Shown: positions 37,734 through 47,478, counted from the stretch's first letter. The stretch: DNA of 64,000 nucleotides from Deltaproteobacteria bacterium (GCA_033763315.1 JANRKS010000022.1:1-64000), one strand, 5' to 3'. Notes: generated by a model from the letters alone, not told the origin. Numbers and translations are program-made.

Positions 37734-38866
37734 ACGCAAAACTCCGGCAACGACATCACTTGGCCCCCCGCCAGTGCCGAGGCATGCCCCAGCAAGCCCA
37801 CACACGTCCAGTTGGCCGAGGTCTGCGCGTCTGGGAAAGGCGGTCGCTCACCTCGCAACGCGGAGACGAACGCGTGCACAAGGTGCGGGTGTGAGCCACC
37901 ATGGCCGTCACCTTGCAAGAATGAAAGGTGTTGATTGCTTGAGGCGTCGTACACACCGTGACGTGTGAACGGGCGCAGAGCTTCAGGCAGCAACCGAGCG
38001 AAATCCGGCACCGTAATGCGCTCGGGGATCGCAGGTTCGGGCCTTCCCTTGTGGTGTAGCACCGGGCTTTCGTTTGCCAACAAAGGCCACTCAAAACTCG
38101 CCAAAGATCCGTATACATCAAAGCTTTCGCGATACTGGCGCGCGGTGGAAAACAACGACCGATAGATGCGCGCCCCTACGTCTGAATTCGCCACCTCGAT
38201 GTGGCAGCTTTCCACGGCGAAGGGCGATCCATATTTCTGAGCGGCGGCATCATCAATGCGTCCTGAACCGAGCCCGCTCACGTGTTTCGCACGGCCGCCT
38301 ATCAAGGCAAGACACGGCCCCACACAATGGGTGGCGTAGTGAAGTGGTGGCAGCCCTTCCCAATACCCAGGCCAGCCATCCATGTCTTGTTGGTGACTGG
38401 CCTGGACAAACTGCAGCCGTCCGAGCGTCCCATCGTCAAGCAACGACTTAACGTGGAGGAATTCGCGCGCATACACCACGGTCTCCATCATCATGTACTG
38501 CAAGCCCGTGGTGCGACAGAGCTTCACGATGGTTTCGCAATCTTGCACGCTGGTCGCCATCGGCACGGTGCATGCCACGTGTTTGCCCGCGCGCAAAGCC
38601 GCGATGGTGGCGGGGCCATGGTCAGGGATGGGTGTGTTGATGTGGACCGCATCAACTTCAGGGTCGGCCAGAACTTGACCCAGCGATTCATAGGTCTTCG
38701 GAATCTGATAGCGCTCGGCGAGTTGCCGCATGGGCTCCACACGACGCTGGCAAATGCCGATCAATTCGGCATGGGGATGCGCCTGGTAAATCGGCAAAAA
38801 CTCGGCTCCGAACCCCAGGCCCACGACCACCACTTTCACTTTTTCACCTGAACGCACAATGGGCAT
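37730..38866 (-). CDS. Gfo/Idh/MocA oxidoreductase
   Basis: VVGLGFGAEF, DAVHINTP, AGKHVACTVPMA, HYATH. Confidence 0.92.
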   Translation of the reverse strand: MPIVRSGEKVKVVVVGLGFGAEFLPIYQAHPHAELIGICQRRVEPMRQLAERYQIPKTYESLGQVLADPEVDAVHINTPIPDHGPATIAALRAGKHVACTVPMATSVQDCETIVKLCRTTGLQYMMMETVVYAREFLHVKSLLDDGTLGRLQFVQASHQQDMDGWPGYWEGLPPLHYATHCVGPCLALIGGRAKHVSGLGSGRIDDAAAQKYGSPFAVESCHIEVANSDVGARIYRSLFSTARQYRESFDVYGSLASFEWPLLANESPVLHHKGRPEPAIPERITVPDFARLLPEALRPFTRHGVYDASSNQHLSFLQGDGHGGSHPHLVHAFVSALRGERPPFPDAQTSANWTCVGLLGHASALAGGQVMSLPEFCV

Positions 38867-38930
38867 GCATCGATTCTGCTGGGCAACTTTGAGGTTGCCA
38901 TGAGAAACCCGCCCCAAAAATTGTGTTTTT

Positions 38931-40088
38931 TTACGACGCGCGTTTCGGACGATACCGCCGTCGAAAGTGCAGCGGTGTCTCCTTGAACCACCGCCGGAAT
39001 TGCACGCACAGATATTCAGCGTGTGTGTATCCCGTGCGTTGGGCGATCTCATAGATAGCCAAATCCGTTTCCGCGAGCAGTTGCTTTACGGCTGCCAGGC
39101 GACATCGTGCGATTTCATCGGCCGGCGAATGGCCAACAGCGCTGAGAAATCGTGCATCAAAAACGCGCCTCGATAGCCTTGAGCCCGCAAGGACGTCGGG
39201 GACTTTGATGCCCTCTTGCGCGTGGTCTCGAATGAAGCGCAAGGCTTGCCGCACAACCTGATCCGCAACGGCCAGGGTTTCAGTAGACTGACGTTCGGAG
39301 ATTCCTAGCGGCGGGATTCGTATTGCCACCGCGGCCACCGCACGGCCCGTCATCAATAGCTGTAGAGTCTGGGCCGCGCGCTCGCCGGCGCCGCGCGCGT
39401 CGGGCCGCACGCTTGTCAACGATGGCGTGCAGAGGGCACAGAGCAACGGGTCGTCGTCCACTCCGATCACAGCCACTGACTCAGGCACCGCCACGCCCCC
39501 CGCCTTACAAACCTGCAGAACTTCTCGCGCCAAGGAATCATAAGCCGCCATCAAGCCCACGGGTGGAAGCAACCCACGCAGCCAACGCGCGAGGTTGCGA
39601 CGCTTTTGTGACGAGTCAAAGACATCGACCTCGTGGCCATGCTGGCGAGCCAGACTCGTGAACGCCTCCCCGCGCCAGCGAGACCAGTTGAAACCTCGAT
39701 CACCCACAAAGGCAAAGCGGCGAAAGCCTCGCTGCCGCAGGTGCTCAAAAGCCATCTGCGCAATGGCCACGTCATCCGTTTCCACCCAGGGCACGATCTG
39801 CGGCGACAAGCGCGCAGAGCTAACGTCAACCACGGGCACACCCAAGGCCATGACTGCGTGTGAGACGCGCGCGTTTTCGAGGCGTGCGATAACGCCATCT
39901 CCTTTCCAGCCCGCCAGGTCCCCGGGGCTCCCCCGAGCGTGCTCAACCAGATCCACGGCCCAAGGCAAACGCTGCTCCCGGAGAAAGGATCCGATGCCCT
40001 CTAACAGCCCGCGCGCGTAGGCGTTGGAGGTTTCAATGACCAATGCAACGCGTTTTGCTTTGCCTGCGCGGCCGGCCGTGCGTGTCAT
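38931..40088 (-). CDS. XylR-type transcriptional regulator (periplasmic-binding-like domain plus AraC HTH)
   Basis: YARGLLEGI, DGVIAR, VPESVAVIGVDDD, RQSTE; C-terminal IAQRTGY...TP.HFR. Confidence 0.9.
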   Translation of the reverse strand: MTRTAGRAGKAKRVALVIETSNAYARGLLEGIGSFLREQRLPWAVDLVEHARGSPGDLAGWKGDGVIARLENARVSHAVMALGVPVVDVSSARLSPQIVPWVETDDVAIAQMAFEHLRQRGFRRFAFVGDRGFNWSRWRGEAFTSLARQHGHEVDVFDSSQKRRNLARWLRGLLPPVGLMAAYDSLAREVLQVCKAGGVAVPESVAVIGVDDDPLLCALCTPSLTSVRPDARGAGERAAQTLQLLMTGRAVAAVAIRIPPLGISERQSTETLAVADQVVRQALRFIRDHAQEGIKVPDVLAGSRLSRRVFDARFLSAVGHSPADEIARCRLAAVKQLLAETDLAIYEIAQRTGYTHAEYLCVQFRRWFKETPLHFRRRYRPKRAS

Positions 40089-40537
40089 GTCACTTGGGGA
40101 ACCTAAGGCGAGGCGTCCGTGAACGGACGATGCCACAAAGCCAGAACTATCGCACACGATAGCCTTAGCTTTGGAAAAATCCTGACTTAGCCACACTTAG
40201 TCGCGTTAATGACTGTTCATTAAGGCCGGCCTTAAAGAGGTTTTACGATGGGTTAGTGACCGCTCGCGGTGCACTAGACGCTGTCACGAATCTTAGGCCT
40301 CACCTCGCCGCCCGCAAAAATTGCGAAGGGCGTATATGTCGGCGTGAAACAGAGCGACCTCGGTCCACAACGGAATTTTCCCTGCCACCAATCCGACAGA
40401 TCGGCGCATCTCGAGCCAATCGTAACCTCCCGTACTGCCTGATTCGGCGCAGCCGTCACCCCAGCGCGCGACCATGTTCATTACGCCATAAACGACTTGC
40501 ACATCTCTTGGGCGTTCCCCCGCAGCAGCAGGATCCC

Positions 40538-41614
40538 CTACTGACCCGTGACCGCGAAGCAGTTGAAACCACCATAGCCGCCGCCCGCGCCCACGGTCTT
40601 TGTGCCGTTGCTGGCTTTGAGCTCAGTGTCGATGCCTTTGCCACAACCACCTGCGGGGTGATCGCTGATCCAGTGGCGACCATTGTTGTTGGAGCGAGGC
40701 CAAGCGTGACCGATCATGGGCGGAGGCAGGTTCTGGTCTGTGCTTGTCCAATCGTTGCAGGTGCTTCCCGTGCCGGCCGCGTACTTGCCGTTCTTGTCCG
40801 AGCCCGTGAGCATGTCGTGGTTGTCCACCGACATGGCGGGTCGAATCGGATCGCCGTTTTCGTCGGTGAACATGATCGCTAGCGCCGGATCACCGCCCTT
40901 GGGCCGGCCGCCCGTGGCCGTGTTGTCGGGGATCAAGTCGGCCACCGTCTTTGCGAACAGCTTGTTGTTAAAGTCGTACCAGGGGCCTTTGCCGACCCGA
41001 TCGATGGCGTTCACGGGCTGCCCATTCGGACCGGCTTTGACGCTCAAGAAGGCATGCCATGTCTTTTGATCGCCGGGGTTGGTTTTCTGGGCAAGCTTCG
41101 TGCAAATGTTGTCGGCCCCCGCTAGGCCTCCCAAGTCGCCGCCCAAGCCGTTCACCTTGTCGGTCGCAAAAGACACAATGCCAGCTTGGCTCGTGGTGAA
41201 GAAAGTGAACCAAGGACGCTTGTCAGAAGCCGCGGTGCCTCCCGCCCCTGCCGCCGATCCGGCCGCCCCTCCTCCCATGCCGCCACCCATTCCCCCAGAA
41301 CCGCCAGCCTGCATGCCGCCGCTGCTTCCCCCACCACTTCCGCCTGAGCCCGAGCCGCCCACATTGCTGCCGCCGGATCCGCCGTCCGTTTTGGCGGCAC
41401 CCCCACCGCCGCCTTTTCCTCCTGCGCTGCTGCCACCTGATTCGGTGTCTCCGCCATTGCTTTCACCGCCATTGCCGCCATTGCCTTCATCATCGCCACC
41501 ACCACCTGACGAGCAATGCAGCGCCAAGGCCGCGATGCCCCCAAGAAGAGCTAAGCGAGACGTGGGGCGCAACGCGATACCACACAAAGCCATCGAACCA
41601 TTCTTCGTTTTCAT
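40538..41614 (-). CDS. Lipoprotein with Gly-rich linker and endostatin/DUF1554-like lectin-fold domain
   Basis: GGDLGGLAGADNIC, WHAFLS, GKGPW, HDMLTGS, CNDWTS, FNCFA. Confidence 0.78.
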   Translation of the reverse strand: MKTKNGSMALCGIALRPTSRLALLGGIAALALHCSSGGGGDDEGNGGNGGESNGGDTESGGSSAGGKGGGGGAAKTDGGSGGSNVGGSGSGGSGGGSSGGMQAGGSGGMGGGMGGGAAGSAAGAGGTAASDKRPWFTFFTTSQAGIVSFATDKVNGLGGDLGGLAGADNICTKLAQKTNPGDQKTWHAFLSVKAGPNGQPVNAIDRVGKGPWYDFNNKLFAKTVADLIPDNTATGGRPKGGDPALAIMFTDENGDPIRPAMSVDNHDMLTGSDKNGKYAAGTGSTCNDWTSTDQNLPPPMIGHAWPRSNNNGRHWISDHPAGGCGKGIDTELKASNGTKTVGAGGGYGGFNCFAVTGQ

Positions 41615-41654
41615 GGTGGATCCTTTCCGAACATAAGGAAGGTGGACAAGTGAT

Positions 41655-42713
41655 TCATTTACAGACGCGACGTACGTCTTCGCAGGTCTTGCCCATGGGG
41701 CAGTCCTCGGTGGTCCGGCACGAAGTCACGCCGTCAACGGCGAGATCAAGTACGGCCTCAGCGGTGACGTTAAACTCGACGCATCCGTTACCAACCGTTT
41801 TTGATTCAACCGAACGGCGCTTCAATGTCATCGTCGGAAATCCCGAAACACCCAGGGTCGAGAGCGCATCAACCAAGGCTGCGGGTATCTCGAACGAGCC
41901 TGTGTCGGGGGCGTCGCACTCAAGTTGCTGTGAGGTGGTGCCGTGGTTGTCAAGACTCACCACCATGTACACGCGCGCGCCGGAGCTCACGAGGGGCGGC
42001 TTCCACGAAAGGGTGATAGGCAAACCCTTCTTAACGGCAGGCGTGGTGGAGGTGACCTCAAGCGGCGCGATCCCTTTCGTGCTCAATGTGAACGCGGGAT
42101 AATCGCCGCCTGACGATGACAACGTGACGTCAGCACCCTCCGTTACGCCGGGGTATGCGATCGTTTCTTTGTTCGTGTAGAACTTGGTGCCCGACGGCGT
42201 CGCCGTCAGCGCTTGGGTTAAACCTGTGAGCGTGAGGGTGCCCAAGTCCTTTTGTTTGGGGCTTGCCACACACTTGGAATCAAGCCCACACAATGGTGTG
42301 TCACCCGTGCATGCCGGTGAACATTGCCTGATTGTTTGCTTCGAGACGCGGCAGACGCCGGAGGACTGCGTGACAGAGAAGACTTCCAGTGGGTTCACAC
42401 CGTCCTTTACGCTGCCCTGAAAGATGGTAAGCGAGGTGCCGTTATCGGTTTTCATGCCAAGCTCGAATTGGCCCACTTTCGACGTAGGGTCGCACGGCCG
42501 GTAGTTCGCCTCTTGGGGCTGCGTGGCCCCGCCCGCACCTGTGGCCCCGCCCCCCCCGCTGCCGCCGGTTGCGCCCTTGCCGCCCGACCCGCCCGCGCCC
42601 TCGTCCGAGCCGCCGCAGGCCACCGCCGCCACGCAGACGAGCACCGCTACCCACAAATTGGCTATTCTGGGCCCTGTCAAAGCCGCTAAACGAGAAGAAC
42701 ATGCCGAATTCAT
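41655..42713 (-). CDS. Cys-rich hypothetical lipoprotein
   Basis: AVAC lipobox; Gly linker; disulfide-rich segments (CSPAC, CRTTEDCPMGKTC); start uncertain. Confidence 0.65.
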   Translation of the reverse strand: MNSACSSRLAALTGPRIANLWVAVLVCVAAVACGGSDEGAGGSGGKGATGGSGGGGATGAGGATQPQEANYRPCDPTSKVGQFELGMKTDNGTSLTIFQGSVKDGVNPLEVFSVTQSSGVCRVSKQTIRQCSPACTGDTPLCGLDSKCVASPKQKDLGTLTLTGLTQALTATPSGTKFYTNKETIAYPGVTEGADVTLSSSGGDYPAFTLSTKGIAPLEVTSTTPAVKKGLPITLSWKPPLVSSGARVYMVVSLDNHGTTSQQLECDAPDTGSFEIPAALVDALSTLGVSGFPTMTLKRRSVESKTVGNGCVEFNVTAEAVLDLAVDGVTSCRTTEDCPMGKTCEDVRRVCK

Positions 42714-42989
42714 TGGGTTAATCAAAGCCCGAATTGGAGCGGGACAAGGTAAAAAAGCGGGCTTTTGAGCTGAATGTGAGGCGCGAAGCATGTTTGAACC
42801 GGCAGGTTTGTGGCGCTTTGTGTGCCGATTCCGTCAAAGTTTCGCGGACGAAAGGCAACAAAAACGAATGTTTCGGCTTCGGTCACATGGCATTTGGGCA
42901 AAGCAATCCGTTACGAAAAGTGCTACGACCTCGGGCTCAATCTTTAGAAACCCACCCCCTGCTTTCGCGAAAAGCAAACGAGGAAACGC

Positions 42990-44063
42990 ATGTCCAAGAT
43001 GAAATTGAAGCCTGGCGTTTTGACGGGTTCCGCCGTCAAAGAAGTTTTCGCTTACATGAAGGAGACGCAATGCGCCCTTCCTGCGGTCAACGTCATCGGC
43101 TCGAACAGCACCACGGCCGCGTTCCAGGCCGCCAAAGAAGCCAACGCCCCCGTCATCATTCAGTACTCGAACGGCGGCGCGCAGTTCAACGCAGGCAAGG
43201 CGATGGTGAACGACAAACTTCAAGCCTGCATCGCGGGCGCCGTGGCAGGTGCCCACTACGTGCGTTCATTGTCTGAGGCCTACGGCGTTCCGGTGATCTT
43301 GCACACCGACCACGCTTCGGAAAAATTCATTCCTTGGGTGGAAGGCATGTTGGATCACAGCGAAAAGTATTTCGCCGTGAACAAAGAGCCGCTGTTCAGC
43401 TCGCACATGTTGGACCTCAGCGAAATGCCGCTCAAGGAGAATCTGGAGATCTCCGCACGCGTGCTTTCGCGGATGGCGAAGATGGGCATGCTGCTTGAGA
43501 TCGAGCTTGGCGTCACCGGCGGCGAAGAAGACGGCGTTGATAACAGCGAGATCGACAACTCGAAGCTTTACACGCAGCCCTCTGAAGTCATGGCCGCGTA
43601 CGACGCTTTGAAGCCAATCGGTGGCTTCACGGTCGCGGCCTCGTTTGGCAACACGCACGGCGTGTACAAGCCCGGCAACGTGAAGTTGCGGCCAGACATT
43701 TTGAAAAACTCACAAGACGTGATCCAAAAGGAACGCAAGACGGGCCCCAAGCCTGTTGATTTCGTGTTCCACGGTGGTTCTGGTTCATCGCCCGAAGAGA
43801 TCAAGGCCGCAGTGAGCTATGGCGTGATCAAGATGAACATCGACACAGACACGCAATGGGCGTTCTGTGAGCCGATCCGTAAATACATGGATGACAAGAA
43901 AGCTTACTTGCAGTCGCAGCTCGGCAACCCCGAAGGCGAAGACAAGCCCAATAAGAAGTACATCGATCCCCGCGGCTGGCTGTGGCTCGGCGAAAAGGGC
44001 ATGACAGCACGCCTGGTGCAGGCCTTCAAAGATCTGAACTCATTCGGCCAATTCGAGTTCTAA
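42990..44063 (+). CDS. fbaA: Class II fructose-bisphosphate aldolase
   Basis: PAVNV, HTDH, FSSHMLDLS, EIELGVTGGEEDG, FGNTHGVY, VFHGGSG, KMNIDTD. Confidence 0.97.
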   Translation: MSKMKLKPGVLTGSAVKEVFAYMKETQCALPAVNVIGSNSTTAAFQAAKEANAPVIIQYSNGGAQFNAGKAMVNDKLQACIAGAVAGAHYVRSLSEAYGVPVILHTDHASEKFIPWVEGMLDHSEKYFAVNKEPLFSSHMLDLSEMPLKENLEISARVLSRMAKMGMLLEIELGVTGGEEDGVDNSEIDNSKLYTQPSEVMAAYDALKPIGGFTVAASFGNTHGVYKPGNVKLRPDILKNSQDVIQKERKTGPKPVDFVFHGGSGSSPEEIKAAVSYGVIKMNIDTDTQWAFCEPIRKYMDDKKAYLQSQLGNPEGEDKPNKKYIDPRGWLWLGEKGMTARLVQAFKDLNSFGQFEF

Positions 44064-44083
44064 AAACGCCGCCGGCACAACAC

Positions 44084-44125
44084 AAAGGGCGCCCCCGGTT
44101 CATGCCAGGGCGCCCTTTCGTTTTT
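44084..44125 (+). terminator. Intrinsic terminator, probably bidirectional, between fbaA and the dikinase gene
   Basis: AAAGGGCGCCC (44084-44094) pairs with GGGCGCCCTTT (44108-44118), followed by CGTTTTT. Confidence 0.8.
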
Positions 44126-44130
44126 GCTGC

Positions 44131-46179
44131 TTACTGTCCGCGCCCGGGATGCGGTCGTGCTTGTTTGATCCACACCGTAGGTGTTTTTCCGCTGCCCATG
44201 TCGTCGAATTTAAACTCCACGTCCATGGCGTAAAAGCCCGCGGCCGTGCCGTAGGCGGGCCGGAAGTATTCGTGCACCTTGTCGAGCGCCCCGCCAAGCT
44301 CAAACATTTGCTCACGCGTGATCACCGTTTTACCCGAGCCCACAAGCGAGGAGTGGGCCAAATAGACCGCGGGCTGACCTGGCGAGTAATAATGATAGAT
44401 CAGTTCATCAGTCGTTGTCTTGGAACCGGGCAACACCACCGATGTTTCACCTTTTTGCACGTTGACGTAGAAGGCCGGCTCTAGGCCGGAGGTGTCAAAA
44501 GGGTTTGCCGTCAGAGCCACACCGTTGGCCTCCTCGTCCACAAACGAGACGCTGCACAGGATGGCCATGCCAACGGACTTGTGATCGATGCTGCGATATT
44601 CACGCTCTTCAAACGCGCGAAACAACCACACGCTGGCCCACGTGCTCTTCAGAGCCCTCAGAACGGGACGATCCGGATCTTCGACCTGCCCCGCGTACGA
44701 CTCATACAAACCCGCGCCTGTGAAGCCTTCAAGGTCTTCGGCGTTGGTGCTGGAACGAAACTTCATGCGCGTTCTCGGAAATTCGGTCTTTAGTTTTGCG
44801 AACAACGCTGCCTCAAACGCAGGATCAACCTTCCCCTTAATGATGTCTGCGCGAATGGCAGTCAGTTGTTTATCGCGCGTGGCGGGATCGCTTTTGAACA
44901 AAGGATCGGCCAACATCGCAGCGATCTTTGCCGAGATGCCGTTTTGATCCAGGTGCTGTTGGTAATAGAAGACGGGAATGCCAAAGGCACGGGGAACCGG
45001 AAGACCTGGAATGTGCTTTAGCGAAGAAAAGTGTGCGGCTTTGCCTCCGTAAGAAGGGATCGCCGTTTTGATGGCTTCTCGCAACGGCAAGCTCCCGTCG
45101 TTGGGCACGAGATCTTCGATGTTCTTAAGCGCGGTGACCGTCAAGTCCATGCGGGGCACGCCCACAGCGGCGGGTTTATTCGTCTCCCACCACGCGTCTG
45201 CTTCCGCCACCGGAACTTCAACAATCGTATAAGCAAAGGCCCCCACTTCCAGCTTTACCCATTTGTCCTTCAGCGCCGTAAGCGCCGGGTTGGTAACGGC
45301 TCCGCGCAAACTCATGTTTGGGGTGCGGCGGTTTTGGGAAAGCACGTTTAAATGCGACAGCGGCGTTTGGAAATCTTGCGTGATGATGCCCACCACTGTG
45401 GCGATGTCGTTCGGCACTCGATCCAGAACCACGATGTCGCGGAACGAAAGGTAAGTTTTGTGCAGATCGGCTTCCTTTACAAAACGCAACCGACCGTAAG
45501 ACGTTGCAATGTTGAGCGGTTGGTAATCGATGCCCGTAAAAAGGATCTCGTTGACCAAGAAAGGTACCTCTGGAGGCAGCGTGGCTGCGGTGGCCTCAGC
45601 GGTATCGGACGTGGGGTGAATCACTAAGTCGGTGCCGAAGTACGTTGCGGCTTTGACGGCCGCAAACAACTTGGTTTGCATGGCTGCGTTCGCCGTGTCG
45701 TAGGGAGCTAGCTCTAAGGTCCACACCTTCGCTTGATCGTAGTAGGTGACAGCCGCCAAGATGAAGCGACGATCGGGTGAGTAATATTCAGTTTGGTTGA
45801 ACGACGACAAAGGCGGCACCACGGGTTTGCCGTTGCCTGACAGAGCCATCGACGCAAATTTGTAGTGAACGGGAAACTTTGTGGTGTTCTGAAAATAAAG
45901 CTTATCGCCATCAGCTTGATCCAAAATGACTTTCATCGACCGCGCACCGGGAATGGTTGCGTCCAAAGGCGCGGCAGACAGCTGCACAAAGTCCTCGCGG
46001 CAACCGATGCGATCGAGAAAATCAGGCATGGACGCAGACGGAGCAACGCAGGCGCCTTCAGGGGCCTTGGCCACGGGGACCGCTTGTAAACCGGGGATGC
46101 TGCGTTCTGATTCACCGCCGCCGCAAGCAGCGACAACGACGAACGCAAACCAGAGCGCGCAAAGACCGTGTTTGTTCAT
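44131..46179 (-). CDS. Exported PEP/pyruvate-binding (PPDK_N ATP-grasp) dikinase-like lipoprotein with phosphohistidine domain
   Basis: VVAAC lipobox; TPLSHLNVLSQNRRTPN; YGGKAA, RSSTNAEDLEGFTGAGLYES, MDVEFK, IKQARP. Confidence 0.88.
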   Translation of the reverse strand: MNKHGLCALWFAFVVVAACGGGESERSIPGLQAVPVAKAPEGACVAPSASMPDFLDRIGCREDFVQLSAAPLDATIPGARSMKVILDQADGDKLYFQNTTKFPVHYKFASMALSGNGKPVVPPLSSFNQTEYYSPDRRFILAAVTYYDQAKVWTLELAPYDTANAAMQTKLFAAVKAATYFGTDLVIHPTSDTAEATAATLPPEVPFLVNEILFTGIDYQPLNIATSYGRLRFVKEADLHKTYLSFRDIVVLDRVPNDIATVVGIITQDFQTPLSHLNVLSQNRRTPNMSLRGAVTNPALTALKDKWVKLEVGAFAYTIVEVPVAEADAWWETNKPAAVGVPRMDLTVTALKNIEDLVPNDGSLPLREAIKTAIPSYGGKAAHFSSLKHIPGLPVPRAFGIPVFYYQQHLDQNGISAKIAAMLADPLFKSDPATRDKQLTAIRADIIKGKVDPAFEAALFAKLKTEFPRTRMKFRSSTNAEDLEGFTGAGLYESYAGQVEDPDRPVLRALKSTWASVWLFRAFEEREYRSIDHKSVGMAILCSVSFVDEEANGVALTANPFDTSGLEPAFYVNVQKGETSVVLPGSKTTTDELIYHYYSPGQPAVYLAHSSLVGSGKTVITREQMFELGGALDKVHEYFRPAYGTAAGFYAMDVEFKFDDMGSGKTPTVWIKQARPHPGRGQ

Positions 46180-46186
46180 GGAGCAC

Positions 46187-46864
46187 CTAAATGTCAAATG
46201 CATACGACAACACGAGGATGTGCAACGACGGATCGCCAACGTCCAAAAGCTTGTCTTCGTAACGATACTCGAAGCCCAAGCGGTGGTTGTTTACCTCAAA
46301 GTCCACTCCGGCCTCCAAACGATACTTATGGAAGCCCGTGCCATCTTGACCAGCAATGGCATAAAAGAGCTCGGTGCCCACGAAGGGGTCCCAGAAGCTA
46401 TCGGTGTCGTAGCCAAAAAGCAGCTCGTCGCGGAACCAATGGCGGTTGTCGGCGGAAAAATCCGAGCTGCGTTGTTCTTGGTAGCGCAGCCGATTCGAAA
46501 CCTTGAACTTGTGGCTTTTCGTTTTGACTCGGACATCGGCGTAAACGCGGTGCCATTCCACAAAGCGTTCAAAGCGGTTGCGCATCTGTAAGTAGCGGTA
46601 ACCAAGCGTTACACGCAGCCACTTCTTGATGTCGTAGTTCCCAGAGAGATCAGGCATCACATTGTCCACGCGCCACGGATCGGTGTGAAACCGGATGTGC
46701 TGATCGAAATCGAGGCGGAGGCGTTTGTTGAAGTTGTAGCGGACACCCACTTTTGTCCACAGCTCTTCGTCAGCGGCTTGCGCAGGCGACGGACGCACCA
46801 TGGGGATCAGCAACGCTGCCCAAAGACATGCAGAAGATACGAGTTTAAATGCAAGACGAAGCAT
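46187..46864 (-). CDS. DUF2490-like outer-membrane beta-barrel
   Basis: Signal peptide (AQA); TLGYRY, HR, NRLRYQ, DPF..ELFY; Arg-rich amphipathic strands. Confidence 0.8.
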   Translation of the reverse strand: MLRLAFKLVSSACLWAALLIPMVRPSPAQAADEELWTKVGVRYNFNKRLRLDFDQHIRFHTDPWRVDNVMPDLSGNYDIKKWLRVTLGYRYLQMRNRFERFVEWHRVYADVRVKTKSHKFKVSNRLRYQEQRSSDFSADNRHWFRDELLFGYDTDSFWDPFVGTELFYAIAGQDGTGFHKYRLEAGVDFEVNNHRLGFEYRYEDKLLDVGDPSLHILVLSYAFDI

Positions 46865-46872
46865 GTAAAACT

Positions 46873-47478
46873 TTACGGGCGATGAAAAACAGTGAGGTGA
46901 ACGGTATCCCGCAACAGATCGATCTGCCCCACGGAAACGCGATGAATTTTGAGACCCGTGCGCGCGTGTAAATCGGCAATCAGCTCTGTGCGTTTCTCCG
47001 GCCGAAGCAGATCCAGTTTGTCGTAAAGCACCAATTGCTCGTCTTCAATTCCACCAAACGAGGCCCGTTCAAGAATCACGATGGCCAGCACCGTGATCAC
47101 GTTGACGAACAAAAGTTCAGACACGCTGATCTTCTTGTTCGATAGGCCATTCCAAATGCCTACGCCAATCAGCACGAACAGATAGGTCAGATCGCGGCTG
47201 CGCATGGCTTCGGTACGGTAGCGTAAGATGCCGAACACCGCGAAAAGGCCCAGAGCAAACCCCAGTTCGATGGGCACCTTGCGCAGCAACGTGCAGATGA
47301 ACAGGGTGACCAAGTTCAACATATAGAACACGAAGACGTATTCGCGCCGTCGGTACATCGGGTAATACACGCCCCGGATGACAACCGTGGCCACGAGCAA
47401 ATCGAGGATCAGACGCGTCAGCAGCTTTCCAAAATCTTCGGCATCTAGGAACGCACTCGCACCAAACAATTCAAGCAT
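46873..47478 (-). CDS. DUF4956 membrane protein
   Basis: GFALGLFAVFGILRYRT and DLTYLF; several TM segments plus soluble C-terminal domain. Confidence 0.9.
   Translation of the reverse strand: MLELFGASAFLDAEDFGKLLTRLILDLLVATVVIRGVYYPMYRRREYVFVFYMLNLVTLFICTLLRKVPIELGFALGLFAVFGILRYRTEAMRSRDLTYLFVLIGVGIWNGLSNKKISVSELLFVNVITVLAIVILERASFGGIEDEQLVLYDKLDLLRPEKRTELIADLHARTGLKIHRVSVGQIDLLRDTVHLTVFHRP

Noticed and set aside
41230-41510. GC-rich short repeats (also about 21350-21510 and 42520-42610) as CRISPR or VNTR
   Set aside because: They encode Gly/Ser linkers; there is no constant repeat-spacer structure
44131-46179. Annotation as PEP synthase (ppsA) because it lies beside fbaA
   Set aside because: It has a lipoprotein signal, reversed domain order and no pyruvate-binding barrel; it is convergent with fbaA and separated by a terminator
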